Shown: positions 52,626 to 63,361, counted from the stretch's first letter. The stretch: DNA of 64,000 nucleotides from Streptosporangiaceae bacterium (GCA_035642895.1 DASQRM010000190.1:9398-73397), one strand, 5' to 3'. Numbers and translations: made by a program. Notes: a model not told the origin generated them from the sequence alone.

Positions 52626-54350
52626 ATGGAAAGCCACGGTCAGCTGCCCGGAAGACGCTGGGGATTCTGGGCGGAACTGCGCCCCCGCCGGGGAAACCGG
52701 CGCGGGCGCCGCCACCTGGCCCGACTGATCGCCGTAGCGGCCGTCGTGACGCTCGCCGCGGCCGCCTGCGGCAGCAGCGGGTCCGGGAGTTCCGTCAAGA
52801 ACGGCGGCGTGTTCCGGCTGGGCAGCAACTCCAGCATCGACTCGCTGAACCCGTTCGTCGCGTTCCAGGCTGATGCGTACGTCACGTTCGAGTACATCTA
52901 TCCCATGCTGGTCCAGTACAACCCCCAGCTCCAGTTCGTGCCGGACTTCGCGCGCAGCTGGACCGAGAGCCCGGACGGGAAGGTCTGGACCTTCCACACC
53001 CAGCCGGGCGCCAAGTGGTCCGACGGCAAGCCGCTGACCGCGGCCGACGCGGCCTGGACCTACAGCACGATCCTGAAGTATCAGGACGGCCCCACCGCCA
53101 ACTCGGCCGGCTACGTCGCGCACATGAAGAGCGCGACCGCCCCTAACGCCACCACGCTGGTGCTGACCTACAAGCAGCCGGTGGCGAACGTGCTGTCCCA
53201 GATGCAGCAAACGCCGATCCTGCCCGAGCACATCTGGGCCAAGTACGCCACCGGCAACGGCAAGGCGCTGACCCGGTTCACCAACAACGCGCCGATCGTG
53301 TCCGGCGGGCCGTTCATCCTGACCAAGTACACGCCCAAGCAGATCATGCTGTTCAAGCGCAACCCGACGTTCTACGGCGCCAAGCCGCACATCGACGGCC
53401 TCGGGCTGCAGTTCTTCCAGACCACCGACGCGATGATCACCGCGCTGAAGAGCCATCAGCTGGACGGAGTGGAAACCGTCACACCCACCTCGGTGGCCAC
53501 GCTCAAGGCCGCCCACTTCGTGGTGCCGTCCAGCCCGGGCGTCGTATTCGACGACTTCATCATCAACGCCAACCCGAAGCAGGAAGCCAGCCATAAGGAA
53601 CTGATGAACCCACTGGTGCGGCAGGCGTTCGACGCCGCGATCAACCGGCAGGCCATCGTATCGACATCACTGCTCGGGCACGGCCGGCCCGGGTCGACGA
53701 TCATCCCGCCCGCCACCGGCCACTGGAGCGACCCGGCCATCAAGCCGACTCCGTTCAGCCTGACCAGGGCGAATCAACTGCTGGACCAGGCCGGGTACAA
53801 GATGGGCCCGAACGGGGTGCGGATGGCCAACGGCCACCCGATGTCATACACAGTGGTCATGCCGACCGACATCCAGAACACCTACGGCCAGCGGTCATTC
53901 CAGATCATCCAGCCCGCCTTCAAGAAGATCGGCGTGCAGCTCAATCTCAAGGTGCTGGACGCCTCCGCCGCCTACGACGCAATCACGGCCAATGACTACA
54001 AGAACTTCGAGCTCTCGATGTGGGACTGGTACCCGCTGAGCGACCCGGACTTCATGCTGTCCGTGCTGACCTGCGTGACGTGGGACACGTGGAACGACAC
54101 CGGGTACTGCAGCAAGGCCTACGACAGCCTGTACCAGGCGCAGAGCGCGGCGACCACCCCGGCGAAACGGCAGCAGATCGTCTACCAGATGCAGCAGATG
54201 ATCGCGAGCCAGCGGGTGTACCTGGTCCTCGACTACCCAGACACGATCGAGGCGCACTCGCCCACGTGGACCGACCTGCCGCTGGTCGCCGGCATCTCGT
54301 GGAACTCGATGTCCAAGATCCCGTTCGAGAGCGTGCACCAGGCGGGCTGA
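52626..54350 (+). CDS. ABC transporter substrate-binding protein, family 5 (peptide/nickel type)
   Basis: Part of ORF 52563-54350, from ATG 52626. Lipoprotein signal AVVTLAAAACGSSG. SBP_bac_5-like body. Confidence 0.9.
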   Translation: MESHGQLPGRRWGFWAELRPRRGNRRGRRHLARLIAVAAVVTLAAAACGSSGSGSSVKNGGVFRLGSNSSIDSLNPFVAFQADAYVTFEYIYPMLVQYNPQLQFVPDFARSWTESPDGKVWTFHTQPGAKWSDGKPLTAADAAWTYSTILKYQDGPTANSAGYVAHMKSATAPNATTLVLTYKQPVANVLSQMQQTPILPEHIWAKYATGNGKALTRFTNNAPIVSGGPFILTKYTPKQIMLFKRNPTFYGAKPHIDGLGLQFFQTTDAMITALKSHQLDGVETVTPTSVATLKAAHFVVPSSPGVVFDDFIINANPKQEASHKELMNPLVRQAFDAAINRQAIVSTSLLGHGRPGSTIIPPATGHWSDPAIKPTPFSLTRANQLLDQAGYKMGPNGVRMANGHPMSYTVVMPTDIQNTYGQRSFQIIQPAFKKIGVQLNLKVLDASAAYDAITANDYKNFELSMWDWYPLSDPDFMLSVLTCVTWDTWNDTGYCSKAYDSLYQAQSAATTPAKRQQIVYQMQQMIASQRVYLVLDYPDTIEAHSPTWTDLPLVAGISWNSMSKIPFESVHQAG

Positions 54351-54353
54351 GGC

Positions 54354-55319
54354 GTGCGCAGCGCGGATTACGTCATCAAGCGGGGGTTCTTCGCCCTCGT
54401 CACCGTGTTCGTCGCGATCACGATCAACTTCTTCCTGTTCCGGGTGCTGCCCGGCAGCGCGGTGTCCGACCTGGCCCGGGTGCCGAAGGCCAGCCCGCAG
54501 CTGAAGCACGTGCTGACCGTGGAATTCGGCCTGGACAAGCCGAAGTGGCAGCAGTACGTCATCTATCTCCGTGAGCTGTTCCACGGGAACATGGGCATCT
54601 CGTTCGCCAACCAGCAGCCGGTCAGCCACCTGCTGATCGCGGACCTGAAGAACACGATCCCCATGGTGACCGTGGGCACCGTGGCCGCCATCGTGGTCGG
54701 GGTGGCGACCGGCGTCTTGTCGGCCTGGCGGCGCGGGACGGTGCCGGATCACCTCAGCACCAACGGGGCGATCTTCTTCTACGCGTTCCCGACCCAGTGG
54801 CTCGGCCTGATGCTGCTGATCATCTTCGCCGGAACCCTGCCCGCCGGCGGCATGGAGAACCCATTTCTGTTCACCGCCGAGCCGTTCTGGGCGCACTTGG
54901 GGGACATCGCGCAGCACATGATCCTGCCCGCCGCGACCCTCATGCTGACCGCCTACGGCAGCTACACGCTGGTGGTCCGGTCCTCCATGCTGGAGACGCT
55001 CGGTGAGGACTACGTGCTCACCGCCCGGGCCAAAGGGCTGCCCGACCGCCGGATCGTGCGGCGGCACGCGTTCCGCAACGCCCTGCTGCCGATGGTCACC
55101 CTGGTCGCGCTGGACCTCGGGTACATCGTCGGCGGCGCGGTACTGATCGAGGTGATCTTCAGCTGGCCGGGTATCGGGCTGGCCATGTACGACGCGATCC
55201 AGCAGCGCGACTACCCGATGCTGCAGGGCGGCTTCCTGATCCTGACCGTGGCCGTGATCATCCTGAACTTCGCCGCCGACCTGTTCTACTTCCGCCTGGA
55301 CCCGAGGATCTCGCAGTGA
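54354..55319 (+). CDS. ABC transporter permease (DppB/OppB-like)
   Basis: ORF 54354-55319. YVIKRGFFALVTVFVAITINFFLF N-terminus and an EAA-type loop. Confidence 0.9.
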   Translation: MRSADYVIKRGFFALVTVFVAITINFFLFRVLPGSAVSDLARVPKASPQLKHVLTVEFGLDKPKWQQYVIYLRELFHGNMGISFANQQPVSHLLIADLKNTIPMVTVGTVAAIVVGVATGVLSAWRRGTVPDHLSTNGAIFFYAFPTQWLGLMLLIIFAGTLPAGGMENPFLFTAEPFWAHLGDIAQHMILPAATLMLTAYGSYTLVVRSSMLETLGEDYVLTARAKGLPDRRIVRRHAFRNALLPMVTLVALDLGYIVGGAVLIEVIFSWPGIGLAMYDAIQQRDYPMLQGGFLILTVAVIILNFAADLFYFRLDPRISQ

Positions 55320-56275
55320 CCCTGCCCCTACAGGACCCCGCGCTCGCCGTCGAGGCCGAGGGCCAGCCGTCGACGCGCAGTGGTTTCTTCCGCACCGTGC
55401 TCAGGGAGCGCAAGGCCGCCGTCGTCGGCCTGTCGATCATTGTCTTCTTCGTCTTGCTGTCGATCGTGGCCCCGTACATCTCGCCGTACAGCATTACCCA
55501 GAAGACCTGCGCGGTGTACGCGCCGCCGTCCGGCGCGCACTGGCTCGGCTGCGACGATGGCGGGATCGACATGCTCAGCTTGCTCATGCAGGGCGGCCGG
55601 ATCTCCCTGGTGGTCGGGTTCGCGGCCACCCTGGTCGCGATGATCATCGGTGGCGGGGTCGGCCTTCTATCCGGGTACTTCAGCGGCTGGATCGACATCG
55701 GGCTGATGCGCATCACCGACTACCTGCTGGTCATCCCGGACCTGGTACTCATGATCGTCATCGCCGACGTCTGGGGGGCCAGCCTGTTCCACGTGATCAT
55801 CGTGATCGGCATCCTGGAATGGACCTCGACCGCCCGGATCATCCGGGCCCAGGTCATGAGCGTGCGTGAGCGGGTGTACGTGAAACGCACCCGGGCGATG
55901 GGGGCCAGCAACACGCGGATCATCTGGAAGCACATCCTGCCCCAGGTCGGCCCGCTGCTCATCGCCAACACGGTGCTCACCATCGCGATCGCGATCTACC
56001 TGGAGACCGCGCTCGCCTTCCTCGGCCTGGAGGACCCGACGGTCACCACCTGGGGCACGATCCTGGAGAACGCGTTCCAGCGGACCGCGATCTCCTCTGG
56101 CGCCTGGTGGGCCATCGTGCCCGCCGGGCTCGTCATCGCCGCCGTCATCGTGGGCTGCTTCCTGTTCGGCCAGGCCGTCGAGGACGCGCTGAACCCGCGG
56201 CTGAAGGCGGCCAACCTGTCGGTGCGCCGCTGGCGGCTGCGCCCGCTGGTCGGAAGGGGGCCGGGCGCGATTTGA
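55316..56275 (+). CDS. ABC transporter permease (DppC/OppC-like)
   Basis: ORF 55316-56275. 4-nt overlap with the upstream gene. Confidence 0.9.
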   Translation: MTLPLQDPALAVEAEGQPSTRSGFFRTVLRERKAAVVGLSIIVFFVLLSIVAPYISPYSITQKTCAVYAPPSGAHWLGCDDGGIDMLSLLMQGGRISLVVGFAATLVAMIIGGGVGLLSGYFSGWIDIGLMRITDYLLVIPDLVLMIVIADVWGASLFHVIIVIGILEWTSTARIIRAQVMSVRERVYVKRTRAMGASNTRIIWKHILPQVGPLLIANTVLTIAIAIYLETALAFLGLEDPTVTTWGTILENAFQRTAISSGAWWAIVPAGLVIAAVIVGCFLFGQAVEDALNPRLKAANLSVRRWRLRPLVGRGPGAI

Positions 56276-57243
56276 GCCTGCTCGAAGTCGACGACCTGCA
56301 CGTCTGGTTCGACCTGCCCCGCGGAGGCCAGGTCCACGCGGCAGCCGGGGTGAGCTTTTCACTGGACCCGGGCGAACGCTTCGGCCTGGTCGGTGAGTCC
56401 GGCTGCGGCAAGACCACCACCATCCTGGCGCTGATGGGCCTGCTGCCGCCCAACGCGTCGCTGGCCGGAGAGGTGCGGGTGGACGGCAACAACATCCTGG
56501 CCGGCGGGGAGGACTCGGTGCGCGCGCACCGCTGGACCGACATCGCCATGGTCTTCCAGGGTGCGATGAACGCGCTGAACCCGGTGAAGAAGATCGGCTG
56601 GCAGATCGCCGAGCCGATGGCCTTCCACGGCGTCGCGCACGGCGCGGCCGCCCGGCGGCGGGCGGGCGAACTGCTCGAGCTGGTCGGCATCCCCGCGACC
56701 GCGGGCGAGCGGTACCCGCACGAGTTCTCCGGCGGCATGCGCCAGCGGGCCTCGATCGCGATGGCGCTGGCCTGCGACCCGAAGATCCTGCTGGCCGACG
56801 AGCCGACCACGGCGCTGGACGTCATGGTCCAGGCCCAGATCCTGGACCTGCTCATCCGGCTGTCGGGCGACCTGGGCCTGGCCCTCGTGCTGGTCACGCA
56901 CGACCTGCCGGTGGTGGCGCAGGTCTGCGACCGCGCGGCCGTCATGTACGCGGGCGAGATCGTGGAATCCGGGCCGATGGAGACGCTCTTCCACGCGCCC
57001 CGCCACCCGTACACCCGGCTGCTGTTCGCCGCCACTCCCGACCTGTACGGAGAAGACGAGGTGGTTTCCATCCCCGGTGCGCCGCCGCGGCTGGACCGGA
57101 ACCGGCCCGGCTGCCCGTTCCGGCCGCGCTGCGACTCCGCGTTCGAGCCCTGCGCCGACCAGCACCCGGTGCTCCACGCGGTCGGCCCCGGCCACGAGGC
57201 CGCCTGCCATCTCACCCGCCAGCCCGCCGGGCAGGCGCCGTGA
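56272..57243 (+). CDS. ABC transporter ATP-binding protein (DppD/OppD-like)
   Basis: Last 323 codons of ORF 56107-57243. TTG 56272 overlaps the permease TGA (TTGA). [13 protein letters not shown], Walker [10 protein letters not shown]. Confidence 0.85.
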   Translation: MSLLEVDDLHVWFDLPRGGQVHAAAGVSFSLDPGERFGLVGESGCGKTTTILALMGLLPPNASLAGEVRVDGNNILAGGEDSVRAHRWTDIAMVFQGAMNALNPVKKIGWQIAEPMAFHGVAHGAAARRRAGELLELVGIPATAGERYPHEFSGGMRQRASIAMALACDPKILLADEPTTALDVMVQAQILDLLIRLSGDLGLALVLVTHDLPVVAQVCDRAAVMYAGEIVESGPMETLFHAPRHPYTRLLFAATPDLYGEDEVVSIPGAPPRLDRNRPGCPFRPRCDSAFEPCADQHPVLHAVGPGHEAACHLTRQPAGQAP

Positions 57244-58241
57244 GCGAGGCACCGCTGCTGGAAGTGGACCGCCTGGTCACGCAGTACCCGGTCCGGCGCA
57301 GCCTGACCGGCCGGCTGGCCCGCGAGCCCCGGCTGACGGTGCACGCGGTAGACGGGGTCAGCTTCAGTCTGGCCCGCGGCGAGATGCTGGCCCTGGTCGG
57401 CGAGTCCGGCTGCGGCAAGACCAGCACCGCGCAGACCATCCTGCGGATGGTGAACTCCACATCCGGAACCATCCGGCTGAACGGCACCGAGATCACCGGG
57501 CTGTCCCAGCAGCAGATGCGCCCGCTGCGGCGCAAGCTGCAGATGATCTACCAGGACCCCTACGAGTCCCTCGACCCCCGGTTCCGGGTCCAGGACGCCG
57601 TCGAGGAGCCGATGCTGGTGCACGGGATCGGCAGCTCCCGGGCCGAGCGGCGCGACCTGGTGATCAGCGCCCTGGAGCGGGCGGGACTGGTCCCGGCGGA
57701 GCAGTTCCTGAACCGTTATCCGCACGAGCTCTCCGGCGGCCAGCGGCAGCGGGTCACGATCGCCGCGGCGCTGGTGCTCGATCCGGACCTGCTGCTCGCG
57801 GACGAGCCCGTGTCGATGCTGGACGTGTCGGTCCGGGCGGGCGTGCTGTCGCTGCTGGATGGGCTCCGCCGCGACGGCGACATGGGCGTCCTCATGATCA
57901 CTCACGACCTGTCCACGGCCGCGCACTTCGCCGACCGCATCGCCGTCATGTACCTCGGCCGGATCGTGGAGCAGGGCCCGGCCCGGGACGTGGTCCGCAA
58001 CCCGCAGCACCCCTACACCAGGGCCCTGCTGTCCGTCGTCCCGAACCGTGACCCCCGGCAGCGCAGCACGCCGCAGATCCTCCAGGGTGAGACGCCCAAC
58101 CCGGTCGACGTGCCGCCCGGCTGCCGGTTCCACCCGCGCTGCCCCATCGCCGAGCCCCAGTGCTCCATCGAGGATCCGTTCCTGCGCCCGCCCAAGGCCA
58201 CGGTGGCGCCTGACCACGAGGCCGCCTGCCTCCTCGCCTGA
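57240..58241 (+). CDS. ABC transporter ATP-binding protein (DppF/OppF-like)
   Basis: ORF 57240-58241. Walker [19 protein letters not shown]-terminal oligopeptide-type extension (CRFHPRCP). Confidence 0.92.
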   Translation: MSEAPLLEVDRLVTQYPVRRSLTGRLAREPRLTVHAVDGVSFSLARGEMLALVGESGCGKTSTAQTILRMVNSTSGTIRLNGTEITGLSQQQMRPLRRKLQMIYQDPYESLDPRFRVQDAVEEPMLVHGIGSSRAERRDLVISALERAGLVPAEQFLNRYPHELSGGQRQRVTIAAALVLDPDLLLADEPVSMLDVSVRAGVLSLLDGLRRDGDMGVLMITHDLSTAAHFADRIAVMYLGRIVEQGPARDVVRNPQHPYTRALLSVVPNRDPRQRSTPQILQGETPNPVDVPPGCRFHPRCPIAEPQCSIEDPFLRPPKATVAPDHEAACLLA

Positions 58242-58251
58242 CCCGGGCCGG

Positions 58252-59322
58252 TCAGGGGCTAGCGCAGCCTTCCAGCGTGGCCACCGCGTAGGCGCCCAGC
58301 GAGGGGAGGTCGTAGCCACCTTCCTGGATCGCAACCGTGGGGGCCAGCGCGGCGATCCGCTGCCCGGCGGCCCGGTAGGCGGCCTCGGTGACCCGCAGCG
58401 GACTTTCCGGATCAGCATCCGCCGCGTCCAGGCCCAGGGACACCACGACGGCGTCCGGGGCGAACGCGCGCGCCTCCCCGCACAGCGCGCCGAGCGCGGC
58501 CAGCCAGCCGTCGTCGCCGGTCCCGGGGGCGAGCGGCAGGTTCCGGGTGAAGCCCTCACCGGAGCCGGTGCCGCGCTCGTCCGCGTAGCCGGCGTAGTGC
58601 GGGAACCACCCCGCGCCCGGGTCGACATGCAGCGACCCGTACCACACGTCGGCCCGGTCCCAGAAGATCATCTGGGTGCCGTTACCGTGGTGCGCGTCGA
58701 TGTCCAGGATCGCGACCCGGGGCGCCCCGGCCGCCCGGAGGGCCTGCGCCGCGACCGCGGCGTTGTTCAGGTAGCAAGACCCGCCGTAGGCGCTGCGGGT
58801 GGCGTGATGCCCAGGTGGCCGGCACAGCGCGTACGCCACTGGGGAGCCCGAGCTGACCAGGTCCGCGGCGGTCTGCGCGGCGTCCGCCGCGCCCCGGATC
58901 GCGGCCCAGCTGCCCGGGCCGACCAGCGTCATCGTGTCGTAGCAGTACAGCCCGGCCCGGCCGTGCACGGCGGGCGGGGTCCGCAGCGGCAGCCCGGCCA
59001 CCATCCCGGGGGTGGGAAACACATAGGGCACCACCCGGTCCCGCCCGTACTCCGCAGGCAGCCCGGCGGCCTCCCAGTCCGCCCAGACCGAGGCCAGGTG
59101 ATCGGGCAGCGCTGGATCATGCACCCGGCGCAGGACGGTGTCGTCGTGCTGCCGCGCGGCGGTCACCGGCGCGCCCGCCGCGACCAGCGCGTCGCGCAGG
59201 ACCAGCGCCCGGGCCGGGATCTCGGTCCCGGGCTCCCGCAGGCCGAGCCACACTTCACCGGCGGGATCGTGCCGCAGGCAGTCCTCGCTCCACACCACCG
59301 GCAGCTTCAGACTCACTCCCAC
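58252..59322 (-). CDS. histone deacetylase family protein (acetylpolyamine/acetoin-utilisation-type amidohydrolase)
   Basis: ORF 58252-59322. RPPGHHA and DIDAHHGNGTQ motifs. Confidence 0.9.
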   Translation of the reverse strand: MGVSLKLPVVWSEDCLRHDPAGEVWLGLREPGTEIPARALVLRDALVAAGAPVTAARQHDDTVLRRVHDPALPDHLASVWADWEAAGLPAEYGRDRVVPYVFPTPGMVAGLPLRTPPAVHGRAGLYCYDTMTLVGPGSWAAIRGAADAAQTAADLVSSGSPVAYALCRPPGHHATRSAYGGSCYLNNAAVAAQALRAAGAPRVAILDIDAHHGNGTQMIFWDRADVWYGSLHVDPGAGWFPHYAGYADERGTGSGEGFTRNLPLAPGTGDDGWLAALGALCGEARAFAPDAVVVSLGLDAADADPESPLRVTEAAYRAAGQRIAALAPTVAIQEGGYDLPSLGAYAVATLEGCASP

Positions 59323-59359
59323 CCTCCCCGGGCACGCGCGGCGGGGTTAGCATCGCGGG

Positions 59360-60457
59360 ATGCCGCGCGTTCCTGATCTTGGCATCACCCTCGGCCTGCT
59401 GCCACCGGGCCCGACCGGGTCGGTGCTCGATGTGCCCGGGGCCGGGCTGGGGCACGCCACCGTCTGGCGGGATGAGCCGCCCCCGCCGGCCGGCCGCGGC
59501 ACGGCGCGGACCGGGGTGACCGTGATCGACCCGGGCGGCGACCTGTTCCGCTTTCCCGTCCCGGCCGGCGGAGCGGTGCTCAACGGGGCGGGCGAATGCA
59601 CCGGCCTGCTCGCCGCGCAGGAATGGGGACTGGCCGAGACGCCGGTGTTCCTCACCTCGACCATGCAACTGGGCCGCGTCTACGACGCGGCCTGCGAGCT
59701 GCTCATGCTCGAGCAGGCCGCGATCGGCGACGAGGACGTGATCATCCCCATCGTGGCCGAATGCGACGATAGTTTCCTCAACGAAAACCGCCGGATGCAA
59801 GTGCAGCGGGACGACGTACGGGCCGCGCTGGCGGCGGCCCGGTCGTCCGCCGGGGCGCAGGCCGCCCACGAGGGCGCGGTCGGGGCGGGCACCGGGATGA
59901 GCTGCCTGGGATACAAGGGCGGCATCGGGACCGCGTCCCGCGTGGTACCGGACGGGGCGACCGTGGGGGTGGTCACGATGACCAACTTCGGCGACCGGGA
60001 GCGGCTGACGGTGGCCGGGGTGCCGGCCGGGCGGCTGCTGCCCGACCCCGGTGAGCCGGGGGCCCGCCCCGGGCCCGCGGGGTCGTGCATCGTGGTGGTA
60101 CTCACCGACGGGCCGCTGGATGCGGCCGCCTGCCAGCGGCTGGCCCGCCGGGCCGGCCTCGGCCTGGCCCGGATGGGCAGCACCGCGCACCACGCCAGCG
60201 GGGAGATCTTCCTGGCCCTGGCCACCGGGCTGCGCGCGCCCCGGGGGGCCGCGCCGTCCCGGTCCCCGGTGACCGGCGGCGCGCTGGACGACTACTTCGC
60301 CGCCGTGGTCGAGGCCACCGAGGAGGCCGTGCTGAACAGCCTGCTGCAAGCCGGGACCGTCACCGGCCGGGACGGCCACACCTCGTACGGGCTGCCCGCC
60401 GGGCCGCTGCGCGCCCTGCTCGGGGGCCCGGCGGAGCGACCGGGGAGATCGCGATGA
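59360..60457 (+). CDS. P1/S58 family peptidase (DmpA-like L-aminopeptidase)
   Basis: ORF 59360-60457. TGVTVI, GAVGAGTGMSCLGYKGGIGTAS. Confidence 0.85.
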   Translation: MPRVPDLGITLGLLPPGPTGSVLDVPGAGLGHATVWRDEPPPPAGRGTARTGVTVIDPGGDLFRFPVPAGGAVLNGAGECTGLLAAQEWGLAETPVFLTSTMQLGRVYDAACELLMLEQAAIGDEDVIIPIVAECDDSFLNENRRMQVQRDDVRAALAAARSSAGAQAAHEGAVGAGTGMSCLGYKGGIGTASRVVPDGATVGVVTMTNFGDRERLTVAGVPAGRLLPDPGEPGARPGPAGSCIVVVLTDGPLDAAACQRLARRAGLGLARMGSTAHHASGEIFLALATGLRAPRGAAPSRSPVTGGALDDYFAAVVEATEEAVLNSLLQAGTVTGRDGHTSYGLPAGPLRALLGGPAERPGRSR

Positions 60458-62517
60458 CCGGCTCCGGCCCGCCCAGCGCGCCCCGGGCCCCGGGCGCCGA
60501 CCCGTACGCCTGGATGCGCGACCGGGACCAGCCGCAGCTGCGGGAGCACCTGGCCGCCGAGCGCGCCTACTACGACGAGCAGACTGCCCCGCTGCGCGCG
60601 CTGCGCGAGGACCTGTTCGCGGAGATGGCGGCGCGGCTCCCGCCGGCCGAGGAGTCGGTCCGGTGGCGCCAGGGCGGGTTCTGGTACTTCACCCAGACCG
60701 TGGCCGGCCAGCAGCTGGAGCAGTTCTGCCGGTCCGCTGGCCGAGGCGGCCCCGGCGAGGTGCTGCTGGACAACAACCTGCTCCTCGCGGATCCCGCCGC
60801 CGGCAGCTACGCGGAGCTGGGGGTGCGCGAGGTCAGCCCGGACGGGCGGTACCTGGCCTACTCGGTCGACTTCGACGGCGACGAGGTGTACCAGCTCCGG
60901 GTCCGGGACCTGGCCACCGGCACCGACCTGGCCGAGCGCATCGAGCGCACGTACTACGGGCTGGCCTGGGCCGCCGACTCCCGGTCCCTGCTCTACGTGG
61001 TCACCGACCCGGCGTACCGGCCGCATGAGGTCTGGCGGCACGAGCTGGGCACCGCGCCGGAGCAGGACTCGCTGGTGTACCGGGAGGATGACGAACGGTT
61101 CGAGCTGACCGTGCGGGCCACCCGCAGCGGGACGTGGCTGCTGATCGAGACGGCGTCCCGGGATACCACCGAGACCCTGCTGATCCCGGCGGGCGACACC
61201 GGCGTGGCGCCGTTCGTTATTGAGCCAAGACGGCCGGGCACGGAGTACTACGCCGACCATGCCGGCGGGCCGGACGGGGGCGAGCTGTACCTGGTCACCA
61301 ACGACGGGGCGGCCGAGTTCCGGCTGGTCCGGACGCCCGTGACCGCGCCCGGCCCGGGCCCATGGTCAGGAGCGCGGTGGACGGAGGTCATCGGGCCCAC
61401 CGGCGATACCCGGCTGGTGCGCTGCGACGTGTTCGGGCGCTACCTGGTGGTGGAGCAGCGCCGCGGCGCTGCGACCCAGCTGCGCGTGGTGGACCGCGAG
61501 ACCGGAACGCAGCATCTGATCGGGGCGGGCGGCCCGGAGCGGGCGCTGGCCCTGGCCGTGAACGAGGACTACACCGCGGCGGCGGTGACCGTGCGGACCG
61601 AGTCGCTGACCGAGCCGCCGTCCTGGCACGATGTGGACCTGGCCAGCGGCCGCTGGGAGCTGCGCAAACGCCAGGACGTGCCGGGCTATGACCCGGCGGG
61701 GTACGTGAGCGAGCGGATCAGCGCGCCCGCCGCGGACGGCACCCCGATCCCGGTCACCGTGGCGTACCGGCGCGGGCTGCGCCGCGACGGCTCGGCGCCG
61801 GTCCTGCTGTATGGCTACGGCGCGTACGAGGCGTGCTCGTGGCCGGAGTTCAGCGTGGTCACGCCGAGCCTGCTGGACCGCGGGTTCGTGTACGCGGTGG
61901 CGCACGTCCGGGGCGGTGGCGAAGGCGGGCGCCGCTGGTGGGCCGAGGGCCACCTGGACCGCAAGCGGACCACGTTCACCGACTTCATGGCGGCCGCCGA
62001 CATGCTGGCCGGTGCGGGCTCCGCTGATCCGGGATGGGCGGCGCCGGACCGGATCGTCTCGCGCGGCCTGTCCGCGGGGGGGCTGCTGCAGGGTGCGGTG
62101 TTTTCCATGGCGCCGGAGCGGTGGCGGGCGGTGGTCGCCGAGGTTCCGTTCGTGGACGTGGTGACCAGCATGCTCGACCCGACCATCCCGCTGACCATCA
62201 CCGAGTGGGACGAGTGGGGCGACCCGCGCGACCCGGCCATGCGGGCGTACATGAGTTCCTACAGCCCGTACGACAACGTGCCGGACGGCCCACGGCCGGA
62301 CCTGCTGGTCACCGGGAGCCTGCACGACCCGCGGGTGCTGATCCACGAGCCGGCCAAGTGGGTGGCCCGGCTCCGGGCCACCGATCGCGGCACCGGCGGC
62401 CGGGTCCTGTTCCGGCCCGAACTGGGTGCCGGGGCGCACGTCGGCCCGGCCGGCCGGTACGACCAGCTCCGCTACGAGGCCGAGGTCCTGGCCTTCATCC
62501 TGGCCGCGGCCGGCTGA
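60454..62517 (+). CDS. S9A prolyl oligopeptidase family protein, oligopeptidase B-like
   Basis: Last 687 codons of ORF 60085-62517. ATG 60454 overlaps the upstream TGA (ATGA). DPYAWMRD N-terminus and GLSAGG nucleophile motif. Confidence 0.88.
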   Translation: MTGSGPPSAPRAPGADPYAWMRDRDQPQLREHLAAERAYYDEQTAPLRALREDLFAEMAARLPPAEESVRWRQGGFWYFTQTVAGQQLEQFCRSAGRGGPGEVLLDNNLLLADPAAGSYAELGVREVSPDGRYLAYSVDFDGDEVYQLRVRDLATGTDLAERIERTYYGLAWAADSRSLLYVVTDPAYRPHEVWRHELGTAPEQDSLVYREDDERFELTVRATRSGTWLLIETASRDTTETLLIPAGDTGVAPFVIEPRRPGTEYYADHAGGPDGGELYLVTNDGAAEFRLVRTPVTAPGPGPWSGARWTEVIGPTGDTRLVRCDVFGRYLVVEQRRGAATQLRVVDRETGTQHLIGAGGPERALALAVNEDYTAAAVTVRTESLTEPPSWHDVDLASGRWELRKRQDVPGYDPAGYVSERISAPAADGTPIPVTVAYRRGLRRDGSAPVLLYGYGAYEACSWPEFSVVTPSLLDRGFVYAVAHVRGGGEGGRRWWAEGHLDRKRTTFTDFMAAADMLAGAGSADPGWAAPDRIVSRGLSAGGLLQGAVFSMAPERWRAVVAEVPFVDVVTSMLDPTIPLTITEWDEWGDPRDPAMRAYMSSYSPYDNVPDGPRPDLLVTGSLHDPRVLIHEPAKWVARLRATDRGTGGRVLFRPELGAGAHVGPAGRYDQLRYEAEVLAFILAAAG

Positions 62518-62540
62518 GGCACCGAGAGGAGGAGAGCGCC

Positions 62541-63308
62541 ATGCGGGGGCTCCCGGACAAGCGAGTTCTCATCAGCGGCGGCAGCAGCGGAATCGGTAAG
62601 GCGACCGCCCAGCGCTTCCTCGAAGAGGGCGCCCGCGTGTTCCTCTGCGGACTCGACCCCGACGAGGTGGACGCGGCGGTCGCCGGGTTGGCGGAATTCG
62701 GGACGGCGGCCGGAATCGCGGCCGATGTCAGCCGCGACGATGACGTGACGCGGCTGGTCGACTCGGCCTGCGCGGCGCTGGGGGGCCTCGACGTTCTGAT
62801 CAACAACGCCGGGATCGCCTGGCGAGAGCCCTTTCTGGCGATCACCGCGGCGCATTGGGACCGCATCATCGCGGTGAACCTGCGCGGGATGTTCCTGGTG
62901 GCACAGGCGGCCTCAAGGGTGCTGGTGGACCAGGGCGGCGGTGGGGTCATCATCAACATGTCGTCAACGAACGGCCTGGGCGGCGAGGCGGACTACGCGC
63001 ACTACAACGCGTCCAAGGCGGGGACGCTGCTCCTGACCAAGACCATGGCGGTCGAACTCGGGCCGTACGGCATTCGGGTCAACGCCCTGTGTCCCGGATA
63101 CATCGAGACGCCGCTGAACGCCGCCATCAGCGCCGACCTCGGGGGGCAGGAGTTCACCGACGGGTATGCCAGCGGCAGCATCCCGCTGGGCCGTCCGGGC
63201 CGGTCATCGGAGGTGGCAGCGGCGTACGCCTTCCTGGCCTCGGACGACGCGTCCTTCATCACCGGCGCCGAGATCGTCATCGACGGTGGGCAACTCGCGG
63301 TCATGTGA
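62541..63308 (+). CDS. SDR family oxidoreductase
   Basis: Last 255 codons of ORF 62034-63308. ATG 62541 follows GAGAGGAGGAG. SGGSSGIG, NNAG, YNASK. Confidence 0.9.
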   Translation: MRGLPDKRVLISGGSSGIGKATAQRFLEEGARVFLCGLDPDEVDAAVAGLAEFGTAAGIAADVSRDDDVTRLVDSACAALGGLDVLINNAGIAWREPFLAITAAHWDRIIAVNLRGMFLVAQAASRVLVDQGGGGVIINMSSTNGLGGEADYAHYNASKAGTLLLTKTMAVELGPYGIRVNALCPGYIETPLNAAISADLGGQEFTDGYASGSIPLGRPGRSSEVAAAYAFLASDDASFITGAEIVIDGGQLAVM

Positions 63309-63317
63309 GGGCCAAGT

Positions 63318-63361
63318 CCCTGGAAGATCACGGTCCCAGGAAGAACGTGGCCCCTAGAAGA
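63318..63361. repeat. 17-bp tandem repeat x3 (CCCWRGAAGA core) spanning the stop codon of the minus-strand gene
   Basis: CCCTGGAAGA at 63318, CCCAGGAAGA at 63335, CCCTAGAAGA at 63352. The third copy contains the TAG (cta 63354-63356). Confidence 0.8.

Noticed and set aside
56145-58628. 827-aa minus-strand ORF, and many other long ORFs in the track (for example 25488-26834 minus, 13349-14629 plus, 1718-2692 minus, 15065-16279 plus, 39960-40628 plus)
   Set aside because: Their composition is Arg/Gly/Pro/Ala-dominated and they have no recognisable motifs. They lie antisense or out of frame to ORFs with clear family signatures. These are typical shadow ORFs of high-GC DNA.
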